64,000 nt of DNA, taken from Malacoraja senta. Taxonomy: Eukaryota. The notes under the pieces were generated by a model, which saw only the letters and a list, made by a program, of their open reading frames with translations, did no database searches and was not told where the DNA came from. The position numbers and the translations under genes are program-made. Where the stretch lies: contig CM075988.1 in the NCBI GenBank assembly GCA_038087875.1, positions 5,332,001 through 5,396,000 of the forward strand. The letters are read 5' to 3'. The first letter of the stretch is position 1. Every line of letters begins with the position of its first letter. Positions 12,868-25,900 of the stretch are shown piece by piece.

Positions 12868-13740
12868 GGCACAGTGGCACAGTGGTAGCGTTGCTGCCTT
12901 AAGGGCCTGTCCCACTTGGCCGTCATTTGCGCCTCATTTACGCGTTATATGTGAATTAGGTCGACGCGTGGGGTGCGCATGCATTGTGCATGGTGAGGCG
13001 TGGAATTGTATGCGGTGGCCCGCGGTATCGCGCGGCGCTCCAGGATTTAGTACAGGAACAAAATCCTCGTGCTCCACCTGCGTGACATACGCACGCTGAT
13101 GAATTGGCGTCGCACGCTGGCGTCTCGACGTCTCACGTGTATCGCGTGGTGACGCATGATTACGTCATCGTTCGTCAACGTCCTTACGTCCTTCTGTCAA
13201 CGTCCTGCCGCGCGCCGCAGGGTATTCTAATGATGTCATGCGCACCAGACGGCTATGCTGACGCGTGATGATGCGTGACTTGCGCGTGATGGCGCGCATC
13301 ACGACGCATCGACTTATTTTACATATGACGCGTAAATGAGGCGCAAATGACGGCCAAGTGGGACAGGCCCTTTACAGTGCCAAGGACCCGGGTTCGACCC
13401 TGACTACGGATGCTTGTCTGTATGGAGATTTACGTTCTCCCCGTGACCTGCAAGGGTTTTCTCTGGGAAACACCGGTTCGGTATAAATGTAAAATTGTCT
13501 CCGCATTTGATCCTGACTACAGATGTTGTCTATACGGATTCCGTGTGGATTTTTGTCCAGGTCCTCCAGTTTCCACCCACACTCTAAAGACGTAAAGATG
13601 TGCTGATTTGTAGGGTAATCGGCTTTGATAACATTGTAAAATTGTCCCTAGTGTGTACGATGGTGCTAGTGTATGTGGTGACTGCTGGTTGGCGTGGACT
13701 CGGTGGGCCGAGGAGCCTGTTTCCATGCTGTATCTCGAAA
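12868..13740 (+). mobile_element. HE1-like V-SINE interrupted by a MITE
   Basis: Head ..gttgctgcc-TTA before the MITE, resuming TTA-cagtgccaaggacccgggttcga after it. Confidence 0.85.
12902..13371. mobile_element. PIF/Harbinger-type MITE (470 bp)
   Basis: 44-bp perfect TIRs starting agggcctgtcccactt; TTA TSD at 12899-12901 and 13372-13374. Confidence 0.9.
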
Positions 13741-13868
13741 GAGTAAAGTCTTGTTGCCATCAGTAATCTTGGCTTGGAAGATAAATGAAGAAGACATCGT
13801 GGTAGAAGCACAAAGGAAGAAGACTTTTAATTATATTTATCCTCCAAACAAAGCCACAAAGTAACGTT

Positions 13869-14363
13869 TAAGAAAGATCTGCAGATGCTGGAAAAATCGA
13901 AGGTGGACAAAAATGCTGGAGAAACTCAGCGGGTGAGGCAGCATCTATGGAGCGAAGGAACAGGTGACGTTTCGGGTCGAGTCCCTTCTTCAGACTGATG
14001 TGGGGGTGGGCGGGAAGAAGAAAGGAAGAGACGGAGACAGTGGGCTGTGGGAGAGCTGGGAAGGGGAGGGGAAGGAGGGAGAAAGCAAGGACTACCTGAA
14101 ATTGGAGAACCTCATATTTCGCTTGGGTAGTTTATACCCCAGCAGTAAGAACATTGACTTCTCCAATTTCAGGTAGTCCTCCTTCCTCTCCCCTTCCCAG
14201 CTCCCCCACAGCCCATTGTCTCCGCCTCTTCCTTTCTTCTTCCTTCCCCCCCCCACCCCCACATCAGTCTGAAGAAGGGTCTCGACCTGAAACATCACCT
14301 GTTCCTTCGCTCCATAGATGCTGCCTCACCCGCTGAGATTCTCCAGCATTTTTGTCTATTCAC
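13869..14363. mobile_element. Truncated PLE with an inverted terminal repeat
   Basis: ~200-bp inverted repeat around the GIY-YIG C-terminal remnant (LIFRLGSLYPSSKNIDFSNFR); agtaacgtt repeated at 13860-13868 and 14364-14372. Confidence 0.8.
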
Positions 14364-15029
14364 AGTAACGTTGATCACCACTTGAAATGAGACGAAAGCA
14401 AATCCAATTCACGACTTCACACATTATTTATCGCACGCTGTTTGAAAGTGCAGATCTACACAGGTGGCAGGATATATAGGAGCGATTATTCAGTAAGAAC
14501 AACATAGTTGAGAACGTGGACATCAAAAAAACACACACTGCAAGTGCTGGAGATTTAAATCAAAATATGAGATGCTGGAAATACTCAGCAGGGCAGGCGA
14601 AGTGTGTGGGAAGAGAAACTGAGTTAATGCTTCAGAACTGGAAAGGGAGAAAAGAACCTTGTTGTGCTGCAGTGGGGGAGAGGATTGGCTGTGATAGGGA
14701 AAAACCAGGGGAACCATGGAGGTCTGAAGAAGGGTCTCGACCCAAAACGTCACCCTTTCCTTCATCCAGAGATGGTGCCTGTCCCGCTGAGTTACTCCAG
14801 CATTTTGTGTCTATCTTCGGTGTAAACCAACATCCCAACCAGGGATGGGATACTGAGTTGGATGATCAGCCATGATCATATCAAATGGTGGTGCAGGCTC
14901 GAAGGGCCGAATGGCCTACTCCTGCACCTATTTTCTATGTTTCTATGTTTCTATCTGCAGTTTCTTCCTGCACATTAAACTGTGAACAAGCTTGGCTACT
15001 CTATGAAAGATTGGGAACATTTACAGACA

Positions 15030-15600
15030 CTTAGAGTCATAGACTGATAGAGCCATAAAGTGATGCAGTGTGGAAACAGGCCCTACGGCCCAACTTGCCC
15101 ACACCGACCAGCATGTCCCAGCTGCACTAGTCCCACCTGCCCACATTTGGTCCATATCCCTCCAAACCTGTACTATCCATGCACCTGTCTAACTGTTGGG
15201 TTGGTCCCTACATCCACCATCTTTTGTGCAAAAAAGTTACCCCACAGATTCCTATTAAATCTTTACCCCTTCACCCAAAACCTATGTCCTCTGGTCCTCG
15301 ATTCCCCAACTCTGGGCAAAGAGCATCTACCCGATCTATTCCTCTCATGATTTTGTACACCTCTTTAAGATCACCCCTCATCCTCCAGCACTCCAAGGAA
15401 TAGTGACCCAGCCTACTCAACCGCTCCCTGTAGCTCAGACCCTCTAGTCCCGGCAACATCCTCGTAAATCTTCTCTGTATCCTTTACAGCTTAACAACAT
15501 CTTTCCTATTACACAGTGCCCAGAACGGAACACAATACTCTAAATGCAGCCTCACCAACGTCTTATACAACTGCAACATGACCTCCCAACTTTGATACTG
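15030..15600 (-). mobile_element. CR1 3' fragment
   Basis: LPGLEGLSYRERLSRLGHYSLECWRMRGDLKEVYKIMRG. Confidence 0.85.
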
Positions 15601-15704
15601 ACCTCAGCCAATGTAGTGCACTGTGTTCACTGCTCACTGTGTGGTCTCCACTATCCTGGAGAAACCAGGGCCGATTTTGGTGACTGCTTTGCGGAACACC
15701 GCCA

Positions 15705-15990
15705 CTGTGGCGCAGCGGTAGAGTTGCTGCCTTACAGCGTCAGGGACCCAGGTTCGATCCCGACTATACAGAGTTTGTACGTTCCCTCTGTGACCATGTG
15801 GGTTTTCTCCGGGTGCTCAGGTTTCCCCTCACATTCCAAAGACGTACAGGTGTGTAGGTTAATTTGCTTCTTTAAATTGTATATTGTCCTGAGTGTGTAG
15901 AATAGTGCTGGTGGATGGGGTGACTGCAGGTTTGCACAGACTCGGTGGGCCGAAGGCCTGTTTCCGCTCTGTATCTCTGAATCTAAAGTC
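15705..15990 (+). mobile_element. HE1-like V-SINE
   Basis: tggcgcagcggtagagttgctgccttacagc head, core and tail. Confidence 0.85.
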
Positions 15991-16099
15991 TGAGTGGATA
16001 TATGCATCGAGCTGCTAGAGGAAGACGTTATGGCAGGTACTATAACAACATTTAAAATGCCTTGTACATACTTCATTTTACCTCTTGTGATCTTTTACA

Positions 16100-16497
16100 T
16101 AGGAACATAGAAAATAGGTGCAGGAGTAGGCCATTCGGCCCTTCGAGCCTGCACCGCCATTCAATATGATCATGGCTGATCATCCAACTCAGTATCCTGT
16201 ACCTGCCTTCTCTCCATGCCCCCTGATCCCCTTTAGCCACAAGGGCACATCTAACTCCCTTTTAACTATAGCCAATGAACTGGCCTCAACTACCTTCTGT
16301 GGCAGAGAGTTCCAGAGATTCACCACTCTCTGTGTGAAAAATGTTTTTTCTCATCTCGGTCCTAAAAGACTTCCCCCTTATCCTTAAACCGTGACCCCTT
16401 GTTCTGGATTTCCCCAACATCGGGAACAATCTTCCTGCATCTAGCCTGTCCAACCCCTTAAGAATTTTGTAAGTTTCTATAAGATCCCCCCTCAATC
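16100..16497 (-). mobile_element. CR1 3' fragment
   Basis: RLRGDLIETYKILKGLDRLDAGRLFPMLGKSRTRGHGLRIRG. Confidence 0.85.
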
Positions 16498-16837
16498 TGT
16501 ACAAGGCATTTACAAAGCAGCACAAGGAAGGTACCAGAGAAAGATTGAGTTGTGGTAGAAAGCAATGGATATTAATGTATCCGTTTGGGTTGAAGTCATG
16601 AATAGGAAGGGAACGAAGAAACAGGTAGGAGAACTCTACAGCTCCCCGCCAAATGTGACCTCTCAATAGTGTTGAGCATAAATGATGAAACATCTAGGGC
16701 ACGCATGAAGGAACTGTAATTGTCATGGGAAATCTTAATCAGTGTATTGATTGCTTGAACCAAGTAGGCAAGAGTATCGCAGAAGAAGAATTTTTGGAGT
16801 GCACTTGAGCCATGAATTACAGAACTACCCAGGAATA

Positions 16838-17045
16838 GTCACAAAATGCTGGAGTAACCCAGCGGGACAAGCAGCATCTCTGGAGAGAAGGAATGGGTGA
16901 CGTTTCGGGTCAAGACCCTTCTTCAGACTGCATGAAATGTCACCCATTCCTTCTCTCCAGAGATGCTACCTGTCCCGCTGGATTACTGCAGCATTTTGTG
17001 TCCATATTTGGTTTAAACCAGCATCTGCAGTTCTTCCCTTTACAG
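16838..17045. mobile_element. Fold-back mini-element of inverted PLE ends
   Basis: Inverted arms cacaaaatgctggagtaacccagcgggaca and tgtcccgctggattactgcagcattttgtg. Confidence 0.7.
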
Positions 17046-17109
17046 GAATATTTTATTGTTATGAGTATGTGTATGTAAGAAGGATTAATATTGGACCTCA
17101 GGAGATAGT

Positions 17110-17930
17110 GACCTCAATATGAGAGAATTCCACATGAAGTTTGAGGGTAAACAACCCAGGGCCAAAACCACTGTCTTCAACATTAAATAACGGCATCTAA
17201 AGTTTGACAAGCAAGTCAACTCTGTGGTAAAAGCTAGTTTCTTCCAGCTTCGTACCATAGCTAAAATCAAACCATTCCTCCAATTCAACGACCTAGAAAA
17301 AATCATCCACACATTCATCTCCTCCCGCATTGACTAATGCAACTCCCTATACACTGGCATCAGCCAATCATCCCTCTCCCGCCTGCAATTGGTTCAAAAC
17401 GCCGCAGCGATACTTCTGACGGGTACCTGTAAAAGGGACCACATCACCCCGATCCTGGCCTCTCTCCACTGGCTCCCAGTACGGTGCAGAATCAACTTTA
17501 AGCTCCTCTTATTCGTATACAAAGCCCTTAATGGGCTTACCCCCTATATCAAAATTCTGCTAACCCACCATTCTACCTCCAGGTCCCTCAGGTTGGCTGA
17601 CTTGGGGCTACTGACTATCCTGCGGTCTAGGTTTAAGCTCAGGGGTGACCGTGCTTTTGCGGTTGCAGCACCTAGACTGTGGAACAGCACCCCTCTCCTC
17701 ATCAGAACTGCCCCCTCCATCGACTCCTTTAAATCGAGGCTTAAAACCTATTTTTACTCCCTAGCGTTTTTGAGGCCCTCTGAGGGGGGCGCTGTAAACA
17801 GTTTATGTTTGCATTGTTTGGTCTGTGTACCTTTGTATGTAACACATTAGTACCTGCACTGATGTACAGCACTTTGGTCAACGTGAGTAGTTTTTAAATG
17901 TGCTATACAAATAAAATTGATTGATTGATA
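17110..17930 (+). mobile_element. L2-clade LINE 3' fragment
   Basis: QNAAAILLTG..HITPILASLHWLPV..FKLLLFVYKAL..GDRAFAVAAPRLWNS; (ATTG)n tail. Confidence 0.9.
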
Positions 17931-17934
17931 ATGG

Positions 17935-18761
17935 AATGAATAATAATAATAATAATAATAATATCTTTTATTGTCATTGCACGTCAGTGCAACGAGATTT
18001 AGTATGCAGCTCCACCGATGTACAGGAAAAGTAAAATAAATAAATAAGCAAGCTGAGTGATGTGACCATCCGAGGGAGACTGTCCAGGGGGGGTGGGTGG
18101 GGGGGCACTCAGCAGGGCCGGTTCAGAGCCGCTATAGCTCTTGGAATAAAGCTGTTTCTGAGTCTGGAGGTTCGGGCGTAGAAGGCCTTGTAACGTCTGC
18201 CGGAGGGACGTAGTTCAAACAGTCCGTTACAAGGGTGTGATGAGTCCTTATGGATGCTGACGGCCTTCCTGAGGCACCGTGTGTGGTAGATGCCCTCCAA
18301 GGCTGGTAGCTCTGTCCCAATGATCGTCTGCGCTCTGTGGACGACGCGCTGAAGAGCTCTCCTCTCCGCCTCCGTGCAGCTGAGATACCACACAGAGATG
18401 CCATACGTTAATATGCTCTCTGTGGTGCAGCGGTAGAAGGTTGTCAGCAGCTGTTGGGGCAGAACAGTCTTTTTTAATGTCCTCAGGAAGAACAGTCATT
18501 GCTGTGCCTTCTTGACCAGCGCAGCGGTGTTGGTGGACCATGTGAGGTCCTCTGAAATGTGAGTGCCCAGAAACTTAAAGCTGGACACTCTCTCCACACT
18601 TTCCCCGTAAATGGAGATTGGGGCGTATTCTCCATTATGGGACCTCCTGAAGTCAATAATCAGCTCCTTGGTCTTGGAGGTGTTTAGTGACAAGTTGTTA
18701 TGAGCGCACCAGTCCGCCAGGTTCTGCACCCCCGCTCTGTATTTTGTTTCATCACCGTTGG
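17935..18761 (-). mobile_element. Rex1/Babar-clade LINE 3' fragment, cut by the assembly gap
   Basis: WCAHNNLSLNTSKTKELIIDFRR..FKFLGTHISEDLTW..HPCNGLFELRPSGRRY..RLRNSFIPRAI; gcaatgacaataaa followed by (TTA)n. Confidence 0.9.
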
Positions 18762-18961
18762 NNNNNNNNNNNNNNNNNNNNNNNNNNNNNNNNNNNNNNN
18801 NNNNNNNNNNNNNNNNNNNNNNNNNNNNNNNNNNNNNNNNNNNNNNNNNNNNNNNNNNNNNNNNNNNNNNNNNNNNNNNNNNNNNNNNNNNNNNNNNNNN
18901 NNNNNNNNNNNNNNNNNNNNNNNNNNNNNNNNNNNNNNNNNNNNNNNNNNNNNNNNNNNNN
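18762..18961. other. Assembly gap (200 N)
   Basis: N run. Confidence 1.
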
Positions 18962-19243
18962 AAAAGTGAACACTATGTACTAAATGCATCTTGTACAACT
19001 GCAACATGACCTCCCAATGTCTATACTGAATACTCTGACTGATGAGGGCAGTGAAATGTGATTCTCCTCAGATTTCCTCTGGTCCTTTTAACAGGTAGTA
19101 GATTTTGATTGTTCTCTGAGTTTGGTAAAGGTCTCAAACCAATTCAACTTATTTAGCTACATTCTGCTGAAGTTTAGGGCAAGACTGGTTGTGGTGTCAC
19201 AGGCTTGTCGAACAAAGATGTTTGCAAAAGCAGAGAGCCATTA

Positions 19244-19306
19244 ATTTTACTTCGGAGTCACGTGAGTGACTACGTGAAGAAGACTCGTCAGGGCGCATGC
19301 GCGTCA
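19244..19306 (+). repeat. DIRS left inverted terminal repeat
   Basis: gtgactacgtgaagaagactcgtcagggcgcatgcgcgtca is the near reverse complement of 28917-28957. Confidence 0.9.
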
Positions 19307-19599
19307 TTACGTTGGTCGCATTGGCGCACGGACCAGCGGGAGGACGGAGCTCCTCCTGTGGTAAGTACTTTTAGAGTATTTTAAAGTAGTTTTAAAGCCC
19401 CAGCTAAGTGGGAAACTTAGCTGGAGTGAAAAGTTCCTTTATTGTGGTGCCGTGCTCTGTGTTTTTTATTACAGGCAGCACCATAGTGAGGACGAGGGGC
19501 AGCCGCAGTTAAAGCATAGGAGAGCCGCGGGAATGTGGTCTGTGAGCGGCTGTCTCGTACCCCTGCACAGTCGCCGACCGGGAGCGGGGTGACTTCAGA

Positions 19600-20740
19600 A
19601 TGAGTGCTAAAAAGCACCAAAGCCAACGCCAGTCGGGTGTAAGGCACGGGGAAGTCTGACAGGCCCTGGGACTCAACTGAGTCGGGCCACAACGAGCCTG
19701 TACGGGGCTGGAGACGTTTTTAAACGGTTCTCCCAAATGGAGCACCTCATCCAGAGGTTGCTCCAGAAACGCACACTCCGGGGAGGAGTCGTGTGGGCGG
19801 TAGGCTGCAGAAAGGCCATGCCGGCAGCACCTGGTAGAGGGCTGCTTAAAGCACCCTCATGCATGAGGTGAGTGCAGAGGGTCAGCTAAGTTCTGACCCC
19901 GACTCTGACGGAGACTTGGAACTTAGCGAAGAACGGCCGTTGTCAGAGGTCCATTCTCTGGCAGCACGATTCGCTGTCCCGTCAGAGTATGGAGTGCCAC
20001 TGGGTGAAGAGCTGGCCTCCACGATAGGGTCAGCTCAGTTCTGACCCGACTCTGATGGAGACTTTGTTGAATAGCGAAGAACGGCCGTTGTCAGAGGTCC
20101 ATTCTTTGGCAGCACGATTCGCTGTCCCGTCAGAGTATGGAATGCCACTGGGAAAGCGAAGACAGCCATTGTCAGAGTTCCCATCTCCGGCAGTACGATT
20201 CGCTGTCCAGTCAGAGTCTGGAATCACCAAGAGGCGGGGTAACTGCGAGTTGCTGAAGGTGCCAGCAGTGAACCGGGTGATATGGAGCCAGATGGGCGTG
20301 GGCGTGCAGTGCCCAGGAGATGAAGCTGCAGAGAACCCTGAAATTACTTGGCTCAGGAATCACGGCGTTCACGAGAACGGTGGATGGAGGGCATGTGTCG
20401 GAGACGCAGCAAGAGGTACTAGGGTTGCTTTGTAGCACCCATTTTTGAGATAAATTGTCTCAGGAAAAGTGCCATTCGGCCCACCATTAATTCCAAGATT
20501 GCAATATTTTTCCAGCCTAGCAACATACAGCCGGCAAACCTACTCTTCGGAGAGGACCTCGCCAAGAGAGTCAAGGACGTGGATGACGAGGCAAAGACGG
20601 TGGGCTTGATCAAGCCACCGGCAGTCGGCAAATTTCCAAAAAATTAAGTACCCCGACAAACGAAGCGGGAACATGGTCAAACATTGGCTTTCCCGCCAAG
20701 GAGCCGGGGACAACGTCATCCACCAGGTACCAAGGAGGTA
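19600..20740 (+). pseudogene. DIRS gag-like ORF remnant
   Basis: ELLKVPAVNRVIW and LLFGEDLAKRVKDVDDE motifs across frameshifts; position 5' of RT. Confidence 0.6.
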
Positions 20741-21583
20741 GGTGGGCCTGGTTCTCAGGTGCACATATCAAATGTGACAAAATTAAATCTGGGGTACATT
20801 ACATCTGTTTCTGGGATGAATGGAAGCAAATGACCTTAGCTCTGTTTATACAGAGTGTTATTCAAAGGTTTCGAATGGATTTCAATCCAAATTGTGATTT
20901 GCACATTCAGCACGTTCTTGGGAGAACTATTCAGTTTTCATTAACAGAACAGATGGATGTTCAGACTGCACTTGCAAGCTTATGTGATAAAGGTGTAATG
21001 GTAAAGTTGGTTCACCAACCCCATCAATTTGTGTCTAATATTTTCCCAGGCCAAAAAAGGATGGGGGATATAGTATAGACATTGTAAGATGGAATTGTCA
21101 CTGCCAAGCAACTGGGTCAAGAGGATGCTATATGGCGACTATAGAGCTTAAAGATGCGCATTACACAATGTCTGTTTATTTGCAGGATAAGGATATTTGA
21201 AATTCACCTGGATGGATCAACTATGGCAACAAAATTGTTAAAACCTATAATAGGCATGCTGAGAGGCCAGGGTCAGGTGCTCATTGCTTATCTCGATGAT
21301 ATCTTGATTACAGGGGTATCCAAGAGAACAGCTGATGTAACAGGTGATAGTTGTTAAATCCAATTTTCAAAGATCGGGCAATATCCATCCAGAGGAATCC
21401 AAATTAACACCTGACTATTTGGGTCACAATTGATTCAATTAAGTGACTCTGCGCAGGGAAAAAAGGGTAGAGCTAATTGACAGGTGTATCAAGCTAATTG
21501 AGGCATTAAGGATACATTCAGGTCATTATAATAGACCTATGCAGCTATCAGTAAAGGTTATTCTGATTTGCAATGGTGGATTC
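20740..21583 (+). pseudogene. DIRS reverse transcriptase remnant (5' part)
   Basis: FVSNIF, TKLLKPII..LIAYLDDILI, LQWW; many stops and frameshifts. Confidence 0.8.
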
Positions 21584-21701
21584 GGAGTTTAACCCTAGAC
21601 GCGCCGCTCCAACGGAGAGAGACCAGGACACTGAGAGTAGGAGAGAGAGTAGAAATTAATGACCGACCGTACGACCGTCCGGAGAAAGATTCTAGAGGCC
21701 C

Positions 21702-22901
21702 ATGGCTTCAGGGAGTGGTGGTTCTGAGGGTGGTGGGTGGCAGACTGTAGGTAAGGAAAAGGGGGGCTCTAAGAGAGAGGCATCGAGCGAAAGACCTGAA
21801 ATGTCAGGAGATGAAGGAAGTAAAGTTAGGAGAACTAAAATTATTGAAGAATTCGTCGTGCTGTTTAAAGTTAAAGGAACAAATCACGGAGATGCAGGAT
21901 TTAGAGCAGTGAATCCATTACAAATTACCACCGCTTTGGAGAGCCAGATAGGTAGGGATTTTCAGGCCAAGATTCTGTATAATGGGATGTTAAGAGTTTG
22001 TTGCAAAGACAGAAAACAGTTTAATGACGCTAGGGGTGTGGGGAAGTTGGTGGTCAAGGTGGAGAGTTTGGTCCCTAGAGGAAGAGAGCAGGGAATAAAG
22101 GGAGTGGTGTATGGGATGTATGATGGCTTGTCTGAGAAGGAGATCTTAGAAAATGTTAAGGGGGCCCAGGTAATTGATGTTGTGAGATTTAAGAGTAGGA
22201 ATGGAGTCAGGGACCAGCCGGTCCTGCTTACGTTCAAAGATGGAGTACTGCCACAGAGAGTGTTTCTTGGGAGTATGGCGTATCAAGTGAGGGAGTACAT
22301 TAAACCACCGTTGCGCTGCTATAACTGTCAGAGGTTTGGACATGTTGCTGGGTCTTGTCGGGGTAAAAGAAAGTGCGCAAAGTGCGGTGGAGATCATGCA
22401 ATACAAAATTGCAAGGCAGAGGCTCCTAAGTGCCCTAACTGTGATGGGGATCATGCAGCAGGGTTTCATGGTTGTAAGCGCTTTGTTCAGGCAAAGCGAG
22501 TACAGGAAGTGAAGGATCAGAACAACGTGTCATATGCAGAGGCAGCTCAAAGGGTGGCTAGAGAACGCGGAGATGTGAGCGCTGGGACTAGAGTGGTGCT
22601 AGGAAGCCAGATCACTGTGCCAAACTTGCCGTCGGCTTTTCCATCTGATATGTTGATTTTTAATAAGGAGTCATTTCTGTATTTTGTTTCTGATGTGCTG
22701 GTAGGAGCTAAGAAAGCAGCTAACCGGTCAGATATCATCAGGTTAGTGGTGGGGGCAGCTGAAAGGTTCCTCAGTGTAAATCAGTTGCCAGAAAAGTTGC
22801 ATCAATACATGACGGAGAGTCAGTGTATGGAGAGGTCACAGTTGTCGAGAGCTAGCAGTATGGAGTATGTCAGTGAGGTGGATGATGGTGATCCTCATTA
22901 A
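21702..22901 (+). CDS. LINE ORF1 gag-like nucleic-acid-binding protein with three CCHC-type knuckles (399 aa)
   Basis: CYNCQRFGHVAGSC, CAKCGGDHAIQNC, CPNCDGDHAAGFHGC. Confidence 0.93.
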   Translation: MASGSGGSEGGGWQTVGKEKGGSKREASSERPEMSGDEGSKVRRTKIIEEFVVLFKVKGTNHGDAGFRAVNPLQITTALESQIGRDFQAKILYNGMLRVCCKDRKQFNDARGVGKLVVKVESLVPRGREQGIKGVVYGMYDGLSEKEILENVKGAQVIDVVRFKSRNGVRDQPVLLTFKDGVLPQRVFLGSMAYQVREYIKPPLRCYNCQRFGHVAGSCRGKRKCAKCGGDHAIQNCKAEAPKCPNCDGDHAAGFHGCKRFVQAKRVQEVKDQNNVSYAEAAQRVARERGDVSAGTRVVLGSQITVPNLPSAFPSDMLIFNKESFLYFVSDVLVGAKKAANRSDIIRLVVGAAERFLSVNQLPEKLHQYMTESQCMERSQLSRASSMEYVSEVDDGDPH

Positions 22902-22908
22902 TACCATA

Positions 22909-25900
22909 ATGTTTTATATACTTCAATGGAACGCCCGGAGTCTGATTGGAAATGGTCAAGAGTTAAAGAGATTTGTTGATGAATTTAAAGAAGCACCAGA
23001 ATTAATATGTATCCAAGAGACATGGTTAAAGCCCTGTTTAGATTTTGTAATCCCAGGTTATGAATGTGTGCGATTAGATAGGTCTGATAGATCAGGTGGG
23101 GGTTGTGCAACTTTTGTTAAGACTGGGTTGCAGTATAGGAAAGTTGATATTAATTCTAATCTTGAAGTTTTGGCTGTGGAAGTTTGGAGCAGCCAGAATT
23201 CTATCATTGTGATAAATTATTATAACCCCTGTCAACCCTTGATATTGTCAGATTTTGATGAGATAATGGAGAAGGTAAGGTGTCCTGTTATATGGATTGG
23301 AGATTTTAATGCGCATAATCCTTTATGGGGTAGTGATCACAGGGATAAAAATGGTGTTATTGTTGAAGAATTTCTAGACAAGTATGAGTTGGTATTGTTA
23401 AATGATGGAAGGCCGTCTAGGTATAATATTGTGAGAAACACCTGCAGCCACATAGATTTATCAATTGCTTCATCAAATTTAGCAAGAATTGGTGAATGGG
23501 ATGTAATGGATAGATATACACTGGGTAGTGATCATTATCCAATTTTATGTAGGTTTGGTAGGGATTTGAAGGGAGAAGTGGAAAAGAAAGTCCCTAGATA
23601 TAACTTTTATCAGGCCAAATGGGATAAATTCCAAGAGAAGGCTCAAAGTTTAGTTGGAGAGGTTAATAGTGAGGGTTCTGTAGATAGTTGGAATACTTCC
23701 ATTAGTCTCATGATTCATGAGGCAGCTTGTTGTACTATTCCTGTGAAGCAGGAACTTAGGTCCCGTATGTCTGTTCCTTGGTGGAATAAAGAATGTGATG
23801 AAGCTGTAAGGAATAGGAATATAGCCTATCGAAAATTAAGAAAGTATCCAATTTTGGTCAATGCAATGGAGTACAAGAGGCTAAGGGCAGTAGCAAGACG
23901 AGTTGTAAAGGATGCAAAGAGGAATAGTTGGAGGAAGTTTTGTGGTACGCTAGGCCCGGAAACTCCAGTAAGGCATTTGTGGTCAGCTGTGCGTAGAATG
24001 TCAGGAGTATATAAAAGAAGTTTGTTACCAGTGTTGCAGAAGGGTGAGGTGGTAGCAGTCACCAATAAGGAAAAAGCAGACATGTGTGTTGACAGTTTTC
24101 AAGCAGTGCATAGATTAGAGAGCATGGGAGTGGAGAGGTGTAGAAAGAGAATCGAGATGATGGCAGTTAATCAGTGGAAGCTGGAGAGGAGTTTAGTAAA
24201 TGATAATACCTTTAATTTGTTTTTTACCATAAAAGAGTTGAAGGATGCAATTATGTCTGGGGCAAATACCACCCCGGGGAGAGATAGGTTGTCGTATGAG
24301 TTATTTAAACATCTGGATGATATTGTACTTGATGAAATCTTAGCTTTGTTTAATACTGTGTGGGCAGAGGGTTATTTACCAAAGGAATGGAAACATGCAG
24401 TCGTGGTCCCTATTTTAAAACCGGGTAAAGAGGCATCTGACCCTAGTTCATATCGCCCTATAGCGCTCACAGCAGTGCTCTGTAAAATTATGGAGAGGAT
24501 GGTAACCAACAGACTAGTTTATTTTTTAGAAACCAGAGGACTATTTGTTGATGTACAGAATGGCTTTAGGAATGGAAGGTCTACAATGGAGTCTGTATCA
24601 GTTTTGGATCAGGATATTAAAAGGGCATTTAGAAGCAAGGAAACAGTAGTGAGTGTATTCCTTGATATTGAGAAGGCATATGATTCTTTGTGGAAGGAGG
24701 GATTAATGATTAAAATTTTTGACTTGGGAATCAGGGGACGAATGTTCAACTGGATTAAGGATTTTTTATTGAATAGAACAATACAAGTAATGGTTGGTAG
24801 TGTCAGATCGGAGTCTGTAGAAATAGAGAATGGAACCCCGCAGGGAAGTGTTATCAGTCCAGTTTTATTTAATATCATGATAAATGACATATTTTGTAAA
24901 TTAGAGAGAGGATTTGGTCTGTCTTTGTTTGCAGATGATGGGGCCATCTGGAAAAGAGGTTGTAATGTAGAGTTTGTTTTAAAACAGATTCAAAGAGTGT
25001 TAGTGTCTGTAGAGGAATGGGGGAACACATGGGGCTTTAAAATCTCTGCCTCTAAGACGAAATATATGGTATTTGGTTTTAAAAGAAAGTTACCTAAGTT
25101 AGGGCTGTATATGTATGGGTCTCTATTGGAGAGGGTAAAGGTTTTTAAGTTTTTGGGTGTTTGGTTTGAAGAGCGTATGACTTGGGCTGTGCATGTAGGT
25201 AAAATTGTGTTGAAGTGTGAAAAAGTTCTGAATGTTATGAGAAGTCTGGTTGGGTGTGAGTGGGGGGCCAACAGGGAGACAATGTTGCTAATTTATCAGG
25301 CCATGATCAGATCTTCTCTTGACTATGGGTGTTTTGTGTATGGGTCTGCGTCTAAAACTGTTCTGGCTAGGCTAGATGTGTTGCAGGCAAAGGCTTTGAG
25401 GCTTTGCTGTGGAGCCTTCAGGACTTCCCCAGTCCCTGCCCTGATTGTTGAAATGGGAGAAATGCCCTTATGGTTAAGGCGCATTAAGCTAGGGTTACAT
25501 TATTGGGCTAAACTTTGTGGGTGTAATGATACCTTCCCAGCAAGGTGTTTGTTGCAAGAGGTTGATGATGGTAACAAATATAACACATTTTTTGTCGTTA
25601 TAAATCAGTGGGCTAGGAAGCTGGGTTTGGAACAAGGGGGTATTATAGAGCATACAATAAGGCTACCTGTGCCCTATTGGGTTCTTCCTGAACTGTTTAT
25701 TGAGCTTGCTTTTCTTCAGGAAAAAGATAAGCGCGAGGTGACTCCAAGAATAGTGGAATATCTTAATTCAATCAGTGAGAGTACTTTGATTGTTTTTACA
25801 GATGGATCTAAAGATCCAGTTAGTGGGAGAGCTGGGTTTGGAGTGTATGTGGAGCAGCTTGGGTTGAAGATTGGCCGGCGCATTTCTGATGGAAGTTCTG

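Noticed and set aside
18684..19009. ORFs spanning X runs
   Set aside because: Artefact of the N gap
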